A stretch of DNA of 64,000 bases from Actinomycetota bacterium (GTDB taxonomy: Bacteria; Actinomycetota; Geothermincolia; Fen-727; Anoxymicrobiaceae). Below are positions 19,104 through 28,890 of this stretch, in pieces. Within the stretch, counting starts at the first letter, position 1. Each line of letters starts with the position of its first letter. A program made the position numbers and the translations under genes. The notes under the pieces are model-generated. The model saw only the letters and a list, made by a program, of their open reading frames with translations, did not search any database and was not told the origin of the DNA. Location of the stretch: positions 11,492 to 75,491 of the forward strand of contig JAHIMR010000040.1 of NCBI GenBank assembly GCA_018896525.1. The letters are read 5' to 3'.

Positions 19104-19915
19104 TGCTTGAGTCAGTATGCCGAAACGGCATTCACCTCATAGAGGCCCCGTCACTGGAGATAGAGCTCGGGGTGCGCGCCGTGTTTACCTGCAGGGACGG
19201 AGGGGTCAGCCGGGGTCCGTTTTCCAGCCTCAACCTCTCGTACAACGTCGGAGACAGCAGAAGCGACGTGACCTCCAACCGCAATCATCTGCAGGAAGCA
19301 ATGGGTATCGCGCTTTCCAACTGGGTTTTTTGCCGGCAGGTTCACGGTGTCACCGCGACCGTTGTCGGGCCGCTGCAGGTCGGTCGCGGGTCAACCGATT
19401 TCTCGTCCGCGATACCGCGTTGCGACAGCCTTGTTACCCGACTGGAGCGGGTACCCCTGGCCGTGCTGACTGCCGACTGTGCCCCGGTGATCATGGTAGC
19501 CCCGGGAGGAAACGCGGTATCGGTGGCCCACGTGGGCTGGAGGGGCGCCCTGGCAGGTGTGGTTACGGTGGCACTGGACAAGCTTACCGGGATCGTTTGC
19601 TGCCCTCCGGGGGGTGTTATCGCCCTGATAGGGCCTCACATCGGGCCTTGCTGCCTGGAGGTCGGTGAAGAGGTCGCGGAGCGTTTTGAACTCCGGTTCG
19701 GCGACGAGGTGATTGTCGGCAGGCCTCCCGCGGTGGCGGTTGACCTCGGCGCCGCATGCAGGCGGGAGCTCGAGGCGGCAGGCGTAATGAGCGGTAACAT
19801 CTTCGACACGGATATTTGCACCAGATGTGATGGCAGCTACTTCTCATATCGAGGCTATTCGGGAACAACAGGAAGGCAGGCGGGATTGGTGGCGATAACG
19901 CGCTACCCCGGTTGA
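19100..19915 (+). CDS. pgeF: PgeF/YfiH-family purine nucleoside phosphorylase (laccase-domain protein, DUF152).
   Basis: 271 aa containing VHG...TADC...HVGWRG... with conserved Cys and His. It starts the pgeF-yggS-sepF-divIVA cell-division cluster. Confidence 0.8.
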   Translation: MMLESVCRNGIHLIEAPSLEIELGVRAVFTCRDGGVSRGPFSSLNLSYNVGDSRSDVTSNRNHLQEAMGIALSNWVFCRQVHGVTATVVGPLQVGRGSTDFSSAIPRCDSLVTRLERVPLAVLTADCAPVIMVAPGGNAVSVAHVGWRGALAGVVTVALDKLTGIVCCPPGGVIALIGPHIGPCCLEVGEEVAERFELRFGDEVIVGRPPAVAVDLGAACRRELEAAGVMSGNIFDTDICTRCDGSYFSYRGYSGTTGRQAGLVAITRYPG

Positions 19916-20053
19916 ATCAACCTCCCCGGGTACACCTCCTGCGAACTCTTGAGGGGACCAGGTTCTCAACCTCCCTGGAGGGCGGCTGGGCAGGTTCCCT
20001 CGAGATGGCCATCAGGTAAGCAGTGGTAACGAACGAACGGGGAAGGAAGCGGT

Positions 20054-20335
20054 ATGCCGGAAGTAGTAAGGGCTCATGTCGTGGTGAACGGGAATGTCCA
20101 GGGGGTGTTCTTCAGGTCGGACACCATGGAGAAGGCGATTTCACTGGGACTCGCGGGCTGGGTCAGGAACCTGCCGGGCGGGGAGGTGGAAGCGATTTTC
20201 GAAGGCGAACGGGCGGTGGTTGAACAGGCGGTGCAATGGTGTCATCGGGGCCCGCCGCACGCTGTCGTGCAATCGGTTGATGTGGGCTGGGAAGAACCGG
20301 AAGGTGAGAGAGGTTTCAAGCTTCGTTACGTGTAA
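20054..20335 (+). CDS. acyP: Acylphosphatase.
   Basis: 93 aa; VNGNVQGVFFR plus GWVRNLPGGEVE is the acylphosphatase signature. Confidence 0.85.
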   Translation: MPEVVRAHVVVNGNVQGVFFRSDTMEKAISLGLAGWVRNLPGGEVEAIFEGERAVVEQAVQWCHRGPPHAVVQSVDVGWEEPEGERGFKLRYV

Positions 20336-20364
20336 ATATTGCTAAAACGGAAATACCGACGCGT

Positions 20365-20473
20365 ATGGTGGACAATAGTGGATTTGAACCACCGACTCCA
20401 GGCACGCGGAAATCAGGGTTCAAATACACTCGGATGTAATGATAAACAAACGGTCCGCGAGCAAACGCACAGA
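20365..20473 (+). ncRNA. Conserved ~110-nt structured element (copy 1): 9-bp stem ATTTGAACC / GGTTCAAAT closing a 26-nt loop, then a conserved tail ...CGAGCAAACGCACAGAAGCAA. It is 68 nt upstream of yggS.
   Basis: A second copy at 39775-39885 has the same stem with a compensatory C:G to T:A change and an identical 26-nt loop length. The GGTTCAAAT(CC) T-loop-like sequence does not extend to a full tRNA. Confidence 0.45.
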
Positions 20474-20540
20474 AGCAAATGAAACGATACACATCTACGC
20501 CGGCGGGTCAAAGGAATAACGCGGAAATTGGGCGAATGAT

Positions 20541-21230
20541 ATGGATAAGGAAATAGAAGAGAACGTCAGGTCGGTTCTGGGGCGCATGAGGGCGTCTTCT
20601 GTTGCGGGTGGAAGGAACCCCGACGACACGAAATTGTTGGTGGCGGTCAAGAACAGGCGGCCGGAACTGATAGAGGAAGTGTTGAGCGCCGGGGTGAAAC
20701 TGGTCGGCGAGAACAGGGTTCAGGAGATGCTGGCCAAGATGGAGTCGGTTGATGGTGATGTTGAGTGGAACTTCATAGGGCATCTACAGCGAAACAAGGT
20801 GAAGCAGGTCGTGGGCGTGGTAAGTCTGATACATTCGGTGGACAGCCGGCGGCTGGCGTTGGAGATAGACAGGAGGGCGGAACAATCGGGGGTTGTCCAG
20901 CCGCTGCTGTTGCAGGTAAACGTGGCGGGGGAGGAGAGTAAGTACGGGCTCGAGCCCAAGGGCGTCAAGCAGTTACTCGAGGACCTTGCTGATTGTGAGG
21001 GAATCGAGGTTCTAGGGCTTTCGACGATAGCGCCGTTGGTCAAGGATCCGCAGGAAGTCAGGTGGGTGTTCAGGGAACTGCGAGAACTCGGGAAGCGGCT
21101 TGAAGGAGCGGTTGAGGGGTTTGTTTGTCGGGAGTTATCGATGGGCATGACGAATGATTTCGAGGTGGCCATCGAGGAGGGGTCAACAATCGTAAGGGTT
21201 GGGACCGCGGTGTTCGGGCCGGTCCAGTAA
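20541..21230 (+). CDS. yggS: YggS-family pyridoxal-phosphate homeostasis protein (alanine racemase N-terminal-like fold).
   Basis: 229 aa containing LLVAVKNR (the PLP-binding Lys region). Confidence 0.85.
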   Translation: MDKEIEENVRSVLGRMRASSVAGGRNPDDTKLLVAVKNRRPELIEEVLSAGVKLVGENRVQEMLAKMESVDGDVEWNFIGHLQRNKVKQVVGVVSLIHSVDSRRLALEIDRRAEQSGVVQPLLLQVNVAGEESKYGLEPKGVKQLLEDLADCEGIEVLGLSTIAPLVKDPQEVRWVFRELRELGKRLEGAVEGFVCRELSMGMTNDFEVAIEEGSTIVRVGTAVFGPVQ

Positions 21231-21286
21231 GTAATGTCGGCCATTGATGCTTGAATGTTGGATGTCTATGCAAGGAGGTCGTTGAG

Positions 21287-21736
21287 ATGCCCGGTTTCTG
21301 GGGCAGGGTCGCCGAGTGGCTTGGTCTGAAAGAGCCGGATGAGTTCGGCGAGATGAGGGACCGTGAACAAGCGGTCGATGAGATATCGGACAAGGTGCCG
21401 CGCGGCAAGCGCGCCAGTCCGGGTAGCGGCAGAATACTGCATCCGGTACCGGAGACGCCTGCCCGGGTGCACGTCATAGAGCCCAAGAGCTTTAACGATG
21501 CCGAGCAGATAGGCGGCAAGTTCAAGAGCGATACACCGGTGATAGTCAACCTTCAGAGCATAGACCGTGACCTTGCCAAGAGATTGATTGATTTTGTCAG
21601 TGGGCTTACTTACGGCCTTGACGGCGGTATTCAGCGCGTTGCGGAGATGGTGTTCCTGCTCACGCCGGCTGATGTTGAGGTGTCCGCCGAAGACCGGAAG
21701 TGGATGCGCGAGAAGGGGTTTTTCAACCAGTTCTAG
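21287..21736 (+). CDS. sepF: Cell division protein SepF.
   Basis: C-terminal PVIVNLQSIDRDLAKRLIDFVSGLTYGLDGGIQRVAEMVFLLTP is the SepF domain. Start ATG 21287, preceded by AGGAGG. Confidence 0.88.
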   Translation: MPGFWGRVAEWLGLKEPDEFGEMRDREQAVDEISDKVPRGKRASPGSGRILHPVPETPARVHVIEPKSFNDAEQIGGKFKSDTPVIVNLQSIDRDLAKRLIDFVSGLTYGLDGGIQRVAEMVFLLTPADVEVSAEDRKWMREKGFFNQF

Positions 21737-21751
21737 CCAACGGAGTTCGAA

Positions 21752-22555
21752 TTGTACAGGGTATCGTTGATAGGTGCGGGCAACATGGGCAATGCGATGC
21801 TCAAAGGATGGCTGGAGTCCGGTACGTTAGAACCGGTTGATGTAATCGTTAGAGACCGGGAACGAGCCAGGGGTGAGTTACTGTCCGATCGATACGGTGT
21901 CGCGCTGGCCGAAGACAACCTGGAAGCTGCCGGTGACTCGGAGATAGTGGTGATCGCGGTAAAACCACAGGATAGCGGTGAAGTTCTTGAAGATATCTCC
22001 CGGACGGACCTGGAAGGAAAAGCAATCATTTCGATCGTTGCCGGGTTAACGCTCGATTCGATAAGGGCCGCTGTGGGAAGTGGACCTTCACTGATAAGGG
22101 TCATGCCTAACATGGCTGCTCTGGTTCGAGCGGCGATGTCCGTTTTCGCGATTGACACGGGGAACGGGGAGTTGGACCGTGAGATGGTCTTCGATCTGCT
22201 GGGAGCCATTGGGGAAGTGATGGAGGTGGAGGAGAGTTTCATGGACCTGGCCACGGCCCTCAGCGGAAGTGGTCCGGCTTACTTCTTTCTTCTTGTCGAG
22301 GCCATTGAGCAGGCGGGGATAGATGAAGGCATGCCCCCTGATATATCCAGGAAGCTGGCGAGGGAGACGCTCTGGGGTGCCGCCAAGGTGTTGAAAGAAA
22401 CCGACAGTGAATCCGCTGCGTTAAGGGAGTCGGTATCATCACCAGGCGGAGCCACGCTCGCAGCTCTGAAGGTACTGATGGACGGAGGTTTTGAGCGCAT
22501 GGTCGGTGATGCGGTAAGCGCGGCACGACTCAGGGCCGGTGAGCTGGCAAGGTAG
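21752..22555 (+). CDS. proC: Pyrroline-5-carboxylate reductase.
   Basis: Rossmann motif IGAGNMGNAM and a P5CR C-terminal dimerisation domain; 267 aa. Confidence 0.85.
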   Translation: MYRVSLIGAGNMGNAMLKGWLESGTLEPVDVIVRDRERARGELLSDRYGVALAEDNLEAAGDSEIVVIAVKPQDSGEVLEDISRTDLEGKAIISIVAGLTLDSIRAAVGSGPSLIRVMPNMAALVRAAMSVFAIDTGNGELDREMVFDLLGAIGEVMEVEESFMDLATALSGSGPAYFFLLVEAIEQAGIDEGMPPDISRKLARETLWGAAKVLKETDSESAALRESVSSPGGATLAALKVLMDGGFERMVGDAVSAARLRAGELAR

Positions 22556-22582
22556 GACTTCGAGTAATGGAGGTTTTGGCTA

Positions 22583-23704
22583 ATGGCGTTAACTCCGCTG
22601 GATATTCATCACAAGGAGTTCAAGCCCGCACGGTTCGGCGGGTATAAAGAGGAGGAGGTAGACTCGTTCCTCGACCAGATAGCCGATGAACTCGAGAAGT
22701 TCATCCAGGAAAACGTGGATCTCAAGCAGCAGATAGAGCATTCCAAGAAGAGGTTGTCCGAGTTCGAGGAGATGCAGACGTCTCTTCAGAGCGCATTGCT
22801 GGCGGCGACGAAGTCTGCCGAGGCGGTCAAGGAACAGGCGAAGCAGGAATCAGAGATGATGTTGAGCCAGGCCCGTGAGACAGCCGACTCCATAACCAGA
22901 AGCTCGCGTGAGGAAGCCGATTCCGAAATAAGAAGCGCTCAGGAGCAGGCCAGGCAGATGTTGCTAAGGGCCCAGGGCGAAAGGCAGAAGCTGGAAAAAA
23001 GCCTGGACCGGCTGAAAGAGGTGAAGCGCAGCTACATCCAGTCGATCCGTGATCTTGCCGATGCGCATATGAAGAGGATCTCGGAGATCGAGTCGGATGA
23101 AGACGTGGCTGCCTTTGATGAGATCCCGGAGCCCGAACCTGTTGAGAAAATCGCAGCCAGGCCGCAGGTGCCCGTGGAGAAGCCTTCAGTAGAAAAGACT
23201 CCAGCGGAGGTGCCCCCAGTCGAAAGTCATCAAATAGAAGTGCCCCCTGTAATAGACCAGCAGCCGGGAACTGCGGGCGCAAAGGCGGCACCGGTTGAAC
23301 CTCCTGTTACTCCACCCGCTGAGCCGCCGGCAAAAGCGAAAGTGAAACCGGCTTCCAGAGCGGTTGAGGCCACTGACAGGCCTGAAGTGGTTGACGCTTC
23401 CAGCACCAATGTCCAGAAGACGGGAACGGAGATGAGCGCAGCGCCACCGGCCGTGGATGCCGGTGCGCCCCCCGAAGTGGCCGGGAGACCCTCTATGAAG
23501 AATGGGGCTACCGCCGTTTCGGTCAAGGAGGAACCTGAGGTCAAGCCGCCACCGAGTTCGAACCTTGTTGAAGAGGTATTGTCCATGGAGGGAGACGAGG
23601 GCATCTTCGGGGATTTCACCGAGGACGGAAACGGTGCGGAAGCGGAAAACAAGCGCAAGAGGAACCGTAAAGAGAAGGGTGACAAGCACTTCTTCTGGGA
23701 GTAG
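22583..23704 (+). CDS. divIVA: DivIVA (Wag31-like) cell-division protein with a long Pro/Ala/Glu-rich C-terminal extension.
   Basis: N-terminus MALTPLDIHHKEFKPARFGGYKEEEVDSFLDQIADELE is the DivIVA lipid-binding domain, followed by a coiled coil. 373 aa. Confidence 0.9.
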   Translation: MALTPLDIHHKEFKPARFGGYKEEEVDSFLDQIADELEKFIQENVDLKQQIEHSKKRLSEFEEMQTSLQSALLAATKSAEAVKEQAKQESEMMLSQARETADSITRSSREEADSEIRSAQEQARQMLLRAQGERQKLEKSLDRLKEVKRSYIQSIRDLADAHMKRISEIESDEDVAAFDEIPEPEPVEKIAARPQVPVEKPSVEKTPAEVPPVESHQIEVPPVIDQQPGTAGAKAAPVEPPVTPPAEPPAKAKVKPASRAVEATDRPEVVDASSTNVQKTGTEMSAAPPAVDAGAPPEVAGRPSMKNGATAVSVKEEPEVKPPPSSNLVEEVLSMEGDEGIFGDFTEDGNGAEAENKRKRNRKEKGDKHFFWE

Positions 23705-23716
23705 TCCGGTCCGTTA

Positions 23717-23879
23717 GTGTTCCGTCCCATGGGTAGCTTTACGCACCGAGAGCGTCGATGCGCCACTCCGGCAAGGCGCGTGACCGAGGCTGTACTCACG
23801 TAGTACGCCGAGGGAGCGGAACGCAGCCGGTGTGGATGCAGCGGGGTTCGAATGCCAAGATATCTGTGGGACGGAGCAC
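23717..23879. repeat. Family A element, full length, reverse orientation.
   Basis: GTGTTCCGTCCCATGGGTAGCTTTACGCACCGAGAGCGTCGATGCGCC ... ATATCTGTGGGACGGAGCAC. Confidence 0.9.
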
Positions 23880-23953
23880 TAGACTGTTTAGAAAGCGACG
23901 GACGTTCGGGCAGGTAAGGTCAATCGGGCGTATTCGAGGTTTTGAGGAACTCG

Positions 23954-24195
23954 TGAGCAGGCGTGAAACCCATACTGGAGAACTGTTGACCACGAAGTCT
24001 TCACGCCCCAGGGTTGACAGGGTTGAGGATGGCTCGTACAAGGTTTGCGTTTCAAGTGCTCCCGAAAGAGGCAAGGCCAACAGAGAGCTATTGACAGTGT
24101 TGGCGAGTCACCTTGGAGTAAAGAAGAGCGAAATCAGTATTGTGCGTGGAGAAAAGTCAAGAAACAAGCTTATAAGGGTCGAGTATGAAGCGTAA
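23954..24195 (+). CDS. DUF167/YggU-family small protein.
   Basis: PERGKANRELLTVLASHL ... IVRGEKSRNKLIRV matches the YggU signature. GTG start at 23954 with GAGGAACTC upstream. The upstream part of the ORF-track ORF (from 23758) lies inside the repeat and is not coding. Confidence 0.65.
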
Positions 24196-24235
24196 TATGC
24201 TTGTATTGCTTAACGGTCGGTGTTAGACTGGTACC

Positions 24236-24805
24236 GTGATGAACGACAAACGCGAGCCGATGGTAAGGTTATTTACGGGGATACCATTGAGCGACTCAGC
24301 GCGTGAACACGTTGCCAGGACAGTGGACGGGGTTTCGGGGGAGTTGCCCGGGGTTCGGTGGGTAGCGGAAGGAAACTGGCACGTTACGTTGAAGTTCCTT
24401 GGGCCGTGCGAGCAATCCCGCATGGACGAGATTTGCTCCATGATGCTGAAGACCGCGCCGCTGTTGCCTTTCAGGATTGAGATAGGTGGTATTGGGGCAT
24501 TTCCGTCGAATAGATCGGCCAGGGTCATATGGGTGGGAGCCGACGATATTGACGGAAGGGCACAGGAGGTCCACCGGGTCCTTGACAGGGCTGCGGTGAG
24601 GTACGGGATCGCCAGGGAAAAGCGCAGGTACAGCCCGCACGTTACGGTTGGGAGAGCGCGGAAAAAGCCGGTACTGATACCGGTGGAAATAGCGGAGAGA
24701 TACCGCGACACGATAACGATGGATGTTGACCATGTGCTGCTGCTTGAGAGTGAACTGACGAGAAGCGGGGCGGTATATTCTGTAGTAGAGAAGGTCGGTG
24801 GATAG
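24236..24805 (+). CDS. thpR: RNA 2',3'-cyclic phosphodiesterase / 2'-5' RNA ligase (2H phosphoesterase).
   Basis: Two H-x-T-x motifs (HVTLKFLG and HVTVGRA); 189 aa. Confidence 0.85.
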   Translation: MMNDKREPMVRLFTGIPLSDSAREHVARTVDGVSGELPGVRWVAEGNWHVTLKFLGPCEQSRMDEICSMMLKTAPLLPFRIEIGGIGAFPSNRSARVIWVGADDIDGRAQEVHRVLDRAAVRYGIAREKRRYSPHVTVGRARKKPVLIPVEIAERYRDTITMDVDHVLLLESELTRSGAVYSVVEKVGG

Positions 24806-24954
24806 CGGTGATATCAGCCGGCACGGAGAGGCGACCGGATCTTGTAGGGTTTGCGACGGCGCTGGGTGGTTTTACGTGTCATTCTTGTCATATATGAATA
24901 GCGCAATGGTAGGTAATCACCGGAAGAGCCGGGCATCCGGAGAATAACGAGAGG

Positions 24955-26055
24955 GTGAGAGGTTTGGACAAGGAAAAGTCGCTTGATATGGCACTCATGC
25001 AGATTGAGCGCCAGTTCGGCCGGGGCTCAATCATGAGGCTGGGAGCGGAGGCGGACCGAATGTCGGTCGAAGTCATCCCCACCGGCTCGCTGGCGCTTGA
25101 CATCGCACTCGGAGTTGGAGGAGTGCCCAGGGGCAGGGTAATAGAGATCTTCGGCCCGGAGTCCAGCGGCAAAACGACGGTTGCGCTGCATATCCTGGCG
25201 GAAGCACAGAAGAAAGGCGGCGTGGGAGCGTTCATAGACGTCGAGAACGCAATGGACCCCCAGTACTCGAAAAGGATAGGGGTTGACATAGACGAGTTGC
25301 TGATAAGTCAGCCCGACACCGGGGAGCAGGCCCTCGAGATAGCTGAACTCCTGATACAGAGCGCGTCGGTTGACGTAGTGGTGATAGACTCTGTCGCTGC
25401 GTTGGTCCCCAGGGCGGAGCTCGAAGGGGACATAGGTGATACACACGTTGGTCTGCAGGCGCGCCTGATGTCGCAGGCGCTTCGAAAATTATCGAAATCG
25501 ATAAGCAGGTCTCGAACCGTCACCATATTCATCAACCAGTTGAGGGAGAAAATAGGGGTCATGTTCGGCAATCCAGAGGTGACCCCCGGCGGAAGGGCGC
25601 TTAAATTCTACTCGTCGGTGAGAATAGACCTGCGCAAGATCGAAACCCTCAAGAAAGGCACCGATATGATCGGCAACCGAGTCAGGGCGCGGATTGTAAA
25701 GAACAAGGTAGCTCCACCATTTCGTAGCGCCGAATTCGACATAATGTACGGTGAGGGGGTATCCATCGAGGGGGACATCCTCGACCTCGGTGTCGCAGAG
25801 GGAGTTATCAAGAAAAGCGGCTCCTGGTATGTATACGACGAAGACCAACTGGGTCAGGGGCGTGAGAACTCAAAGGCTTTCCTTGCCGAGCATCCCGAGA
25901 TATCCGGACGAGTGGAGGAGATTATCAGGGAGAAGTCCGGGCTTGTCCGGAAGAGTGTTGAGGCGGGATCAGGCGAGGATGGCAAGGCCGAAGTGAAGAA
26001 ACCTGAAGGCGATAAGAAAAGCGGGAAAGAAAAGGGCGGTGCCGCGAAGAAGTAG
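24955..26055 (+). CDS. recA: Recombinase RecA.
   Basis: GPESSGKTT Walker A and the L1/L2 loops. The lysine-rich C-terminal tail is unusually long. The start may be TTG 24964 ([15 protein letters not shown]...). Confidence 0.95.
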   Translation: MRGLDKEKSLDMALMQIERQFGRGSIMRLGAEADRMSVEVIPTGSLALDIALGVGGVPRGRVIEIFGPESSGKTTVALHILAEAQKKGGVGAFIDVENAMDPQYSKRIGVDIDELLISQPDTGEQALEIAELLIQSASVDVVVIDSVAALVPRAELEGDIGDTHVGLQARLMSQALRKLSKSISRSRTVTIFINQLREKIGVMFGNPEVTPGGRALKFYSSVRIDLRKIETLKKGTDMIGNRVRARIVKNKVAPPFRSAEFDIMYGEGVSIEGDILDLGVAEGVIKKSGSWYVYDEDQLGQGRENSKAFLAEHPEISGRVEEIIREKSGLVRKSVEAGSGEDGKAEVKKPEGDKKSGKEKGGAAKK

Positions 26056-26065
26056 CATGGGGAAT

Positions 26066-26460
26066 AAGTCCCCCGCTCCACAGATACGCTGGCATTCGAA
26101 CGCCGCTCCCGTCCACTCCGGCTGCGTTCCGCTCCCTCGGCGTACTAGAGAAGTACGGATAAGTCCCCCGCTACACAGATACGCTGGCATTCGAACGCCG
26201 CTGCATCCACTCCGGCTGCGTTCCGCTCCCTCGGCGTACTAGAGAAGTACGTCTCGGTCGCGCGCCTTGCCGGAGCGACGCTTCGACGCTCTCGGTGCTT
26301 AACCGTATCTATGGAACGGGGCACTGAGTCGCGCGCCTTGCCGGAGCGGCGCCACGCTCTCGGTACGTAACCGTATTTATGGAACGGGGCACTGAGTCGC
26401 GCGCCTTGACGGAGCGATGCCACGCTCTCGGTACGTAACCGTATTTATGGAACGGGGGAC
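26066..26460. repeat. Family A nested array: 2 tandem left arms, 1 centre, 3 tandem right arms (about 395 bp).
   Basis: Left arm twice (…CCCCCGCT(C/A)CACAGATACGCTGGCATTCGAACGCCGCT…CTCCGGCTGCGTTCCGCTCCCTCGGCGTACTAGAGAAGTACG…). Right arm three times (GTCGCGCGCCTTGCCGGAGCG..GC..CGCTCTCGGT.C.TAACCGTATTTATGGAACGGGG.AC). It fills the recA-recX gap. Confidence 0.9.
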
Positions 26461-26463
26461 TAA

Positions 26464-26943
26464 GACATCGATGACAAGGCGCTTCAACGGGCATTAAGAT
26501 TCATCGATTACAGGCCGCGGTCGGCGGGAGAAACCCGGGACAGGCTAAGCAGGTGGGGATACACCGGCGATGTGATCGATGAGGTAATAGCTTACCTCCA
26601 GTCGAAAGGGATTATTGATGACCTGCTGTTCACAGAACTGTTCATGGAGGAGATGCTGCGGAAAGGCTTCGGTTGCCGCCGTGTTCGTAGTGGGCTTAAA
26701 AAGAAAAAACTGGATATCGAACTGGTAGAGGAGGCAATGTCCGGTTACCCGCTGAACCAGGAGGCTGAAAGGGCGCGGACGATAGCGGCAGTCAGGGTCT
26801 CGCGGATGGCGAACGAGGAACCGGCCAAAAGAAAGACAAAGATCATGCATTACCTGATAAGGCAAGGCTATTCGCCGGAGGTGGCAGACGAGGTCAGTCG
26901 CTCTGTTGTCATTGACACTCAAACGGGGCGAGAATACAATTAA
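26464..26943 (+). CDS. recX: RecX regulatory protein; the 5' end abuts the repeat array and there is no canonical start codon.
   Basis: The open frame from 26464 reads DIDDKALQRALRFIDYRPRSAGETRDRLSRWGYTGDVIDEVIAYLQSKGIIDD..., typical RecX helical repeats. The first ATG/GTG/TTG in frame is GTG 26572, which would remove the first conserved helix. A TAA at 26461 sits directly after the last repeat unit. Confidence 0.7.
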   Translation, partial: DIDDKALQRALRFIDYRPRSAGETRDRLSRWGYTGDVIDEVIAYLQSKGIIDDLLFTELFMEEMLRKGFGCRRVRSGLKKKKLDIELVEEAMSGYPLNQEAERARTIAAVRVSRMANEEPAKRKTKIMHYLIRQGYSPEVADEVSRSVVIDTQTGREYN

Positions 26944-27077
26944 GTCAGTAACGAGTTGCGTTAGGATACCAACTAATTGCCTAATGAGGTATGTCAGGGT
27001 TAGTGGACGGTCAAAGACAGGTTGTACCTGAGCGTTTGAATAGCTCAGGGTAGTTGAGAAGTTCATTGGTATTCTTG

Positions 27078-27105
27078 CGCCGAGCGTTGCTCGGCGTGTT
27101 TTATT
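27078..27105 (+). terminator. Rho-independent terminator after recX (GCGCCGAG-CGTTG-CTCGGCG plus TGTTTTATT).
   Basis: 7-8-bp GC stem and a U-tract, read directly. Confidence 0.7.
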
Positions 27106-27123
27106 AATAAGGGGGTTACTTAA

Positions 27124-28656
27124 ATGATCTACGCTATTATCGTAACCGTTGGGTTGGCGGCGGGCTTCGTCACCGGATTCTTCATTCGCAGGTACATCGG
27201 AAACTCACGGGTGGCAAACGCCGAAACGACGGCCACTCGATTGGTTTCCGACGCCAAGAGAGAGTCGGAGAACCTGAAACGTGAAGCTCAACTTGAGGCA
27301 AAAGACAGCATTCACACGATGAGGGGTGATGCGGAGCGCGAAATAATGAGCAGGCGAAGTGAACTGCAGAAGTTGGAGCGCAGGTTAAACAAGCGTGAGG
27401 AGAACGTCGAAGGGGAAGAAGCGGATACCAGGAACAGGATGAAGAAAATCGTTTCCAGGGAGGAGCACCTCAAATCGCAGGAGTCCAAGTTGGCCAGGGC
27501 AGCCTCCGAGCAGAAGCGCCTGGTTGAGAAAGTGGCGATGATGTCCACGCAGGAAGCGAAGGAGTACCTGCTGGAAACCGTGAGAAGCGATGTCAGGAGT
27601 GAGAGCGCCCTGTTCATAAAGGAAGAGGAAGGAAGGGTTCGTGAAGAGGCCGACAAGAGGGCGAGAAAGATAATCTCGTTGGCGATTCAGAGGTGCGCGT
27701 CGGAACATGTGGCGGAAACAACGGTATCCGTCGTAATGCTTCCCAATGACGAGATGAAAGGCAGGATAATCGGACGGGAAGGGCGAAACATACGCACCTT
27801 CGAGAACCTGACCGGCATAAACCTGATAATTGACGACACCCCTGAAGCGGTCATACTGTCGAGCTTTGATCCCGTCCGTCGTGAGATCGCCAGGATATCA
27901 CTGGAGAAGTTGATAAGTGACGGCAGGATACAGCCGGCACGTATAGAGGAGATGTACGAGAAGGCCAAGGCGGAGGTGGAGAACGAGATAAGGGAGGCTG
28001 GTGAAGAGGCGGTCTTCGAGGTTGGGATACATAACCTCAACAAGGAGTTGGTACGGGCGCTGGGCAGGTTGAAGTTCAGGACCTCCTACGGACAGAACGT
28101 CCTCATGCACTCCCTGGAGGTTTCCAGGCTCGCCGGGATAATGGCCTCGGAACTTGGGCTGGAACCGCGCGTATCAAAGCGTGCCGGCCTGCTACACGAT
28201 ATCGGGAAGGCCATAGACCACGAGGTGGAAGGATCACACGCGCTCATCGGCGCGGAACTGGCAAAAAGGCTGGGAGAGAGTGAAATCATATGCCAGGCCA
28301 TAGAGGCCCATCACGGCGAGGTGGACGTAAAGACCATCGAGGATGTGTTGATACAGGCGGGCGACGCAATATCAGCGGCCAGGCCGGGGGCAAGGCGAGA
28401 GACACTCGATAATTATATCAAGAGGTTGGAGAAGCTTGAGGCCCTGGCCGATTCGTTTGATGGCGTGGACAGGTCTTACGCGATGCAGGCCGGACGCGAG
28501 ATACGGGTAGTGGTACAGGCGGATTCGGTCGATGACGTGATGAGCGCGTCGCTGGCGCGAGACATCGCCAGAGAGATCGAGGATCAACTGGACTACCCTG
28601 GACAGATAAAGATAACGGTCATCAGAGAGACCCGAGTTGTCGAGTATGCCAAGTAG
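27124..28656 (+). CDS. rny: Ribonuclease Y (N-terminal TM anchor, coiled coil, KH domain, HD domain).
   Basis: MIYAIIVTVGLAAGFVTGFFI TM helix; KH motif IGREGRNIRTFENLTGINLIIDDTPEAVILSSFD; HD motif HSLEV...LLHDIGKA. 510 aa; GGGGG RBS. Confidence 0.92.
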   Translation: MIYAIIVTVGLAAGFVTGFFIRRYIGNSRVANAETTATRLVSDAKRESENLKREAQLEAKDSIHTMRGDAEREIMSRRSELQKLERRLNKREENVEGEEADTRNRMKKIVSREEHLKSQESKLARAASEQKRLVEKVAMMSTQEAKEYLLETVRSDVRSESALFIKEEEGRVREEADKRARKIISLAIQRCASEHVAETTVSVVMLPNDEMKGRIIGREGRNIRTFENLTGINLIIDDTPEAVILSSFDPVRREIARISLEKLISDGRIQPARIEEMYEKAKAEVENEIREAGEEAVFEVGIHNLNKELVRALGRLKFRTSYGQNVLMHSLEVSRLAGIMASELGLEPRVSKRAGLLHDIGKAIDHEVEGSHALIGAELAKRLGESEIICQAIEAHHGEVDVKTIEDVLIQAGDAISAARPGARRETLDNYIKRLEKLEALADSFDGVDRSYAMQAGREIRVVVQADSVDDVMSASLARDIAREIEDQLDYPGQIKITVIRETRVVEYAK

Positions 28657-28668
28657 AGATGGCTACTT

Positions 28669-28831
28669 AGTACCCCGCTCCATAGATACGCTGGCATTCG
28701 AACGCCGCTGCATCCACACCGGCTGCGTTCCGCTCCCTCGACGTACTCCAGGAGTACGACTCGGTCACGCGCCTTGCCGGAGCGGCGCTTCGACGCTCTC
28801 GGTGCTTAACCGTATCTATGGAACGAGGCAC
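28669..28831. repeat. Family A element, full length.
   Basis: TACCCCGCTCCATAGATACGCTGGCATTCGAACGCCGCTGCATCCACACCGGCTGCGTTCCGCTCCCTCGACGTACTCCAGGAGTACGACTCGGTCACGCGCCTTGCCGGAGCGGCGCTTCGACGCTCTCGGTGCTTAACCGTATCTATGGAACGAGGCAC. Confidence 0.9.
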
Positions 28832-28890
28832 TTGAATTCGCGACGCACACCTGCGGGTCATGAGTCAAGCCGGACGAACTCGAGTAAACG

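Noticed and set aside
19117-19668. 183-aa ORF in frame +2 over pgeF.
   Set aside because: It is an Arg/Pro-rich overlapping frame. The pgeF frame carries the conserved His/Cys motifs.
20371-20430. tRNA-like T-arm sequences (GGTGGTTCAAATCCACT on the - strand; AGGGTTCAAATAC on the + strand) near 20380-20425.
   Set aside because: No complementary acceptor stem, D-arm or anticodon arm can be built around them, and the CCA-ending stretch has no 5' partner. I interpret them as part of the conserved stem-loop element, not a tRNA gene or pseudogene.
26066-26460. Tandem array of near-identical ~70-nt units: could it be a CRISPR array?
   Set aside because: Units are directly abutting or nested, with no unique spacers of regular length. 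Two unit types appear in opposite orientation, the same units are scattered singly across the window, and there are no cas genes. This is a BIME-like mosaic, not CRISPR.
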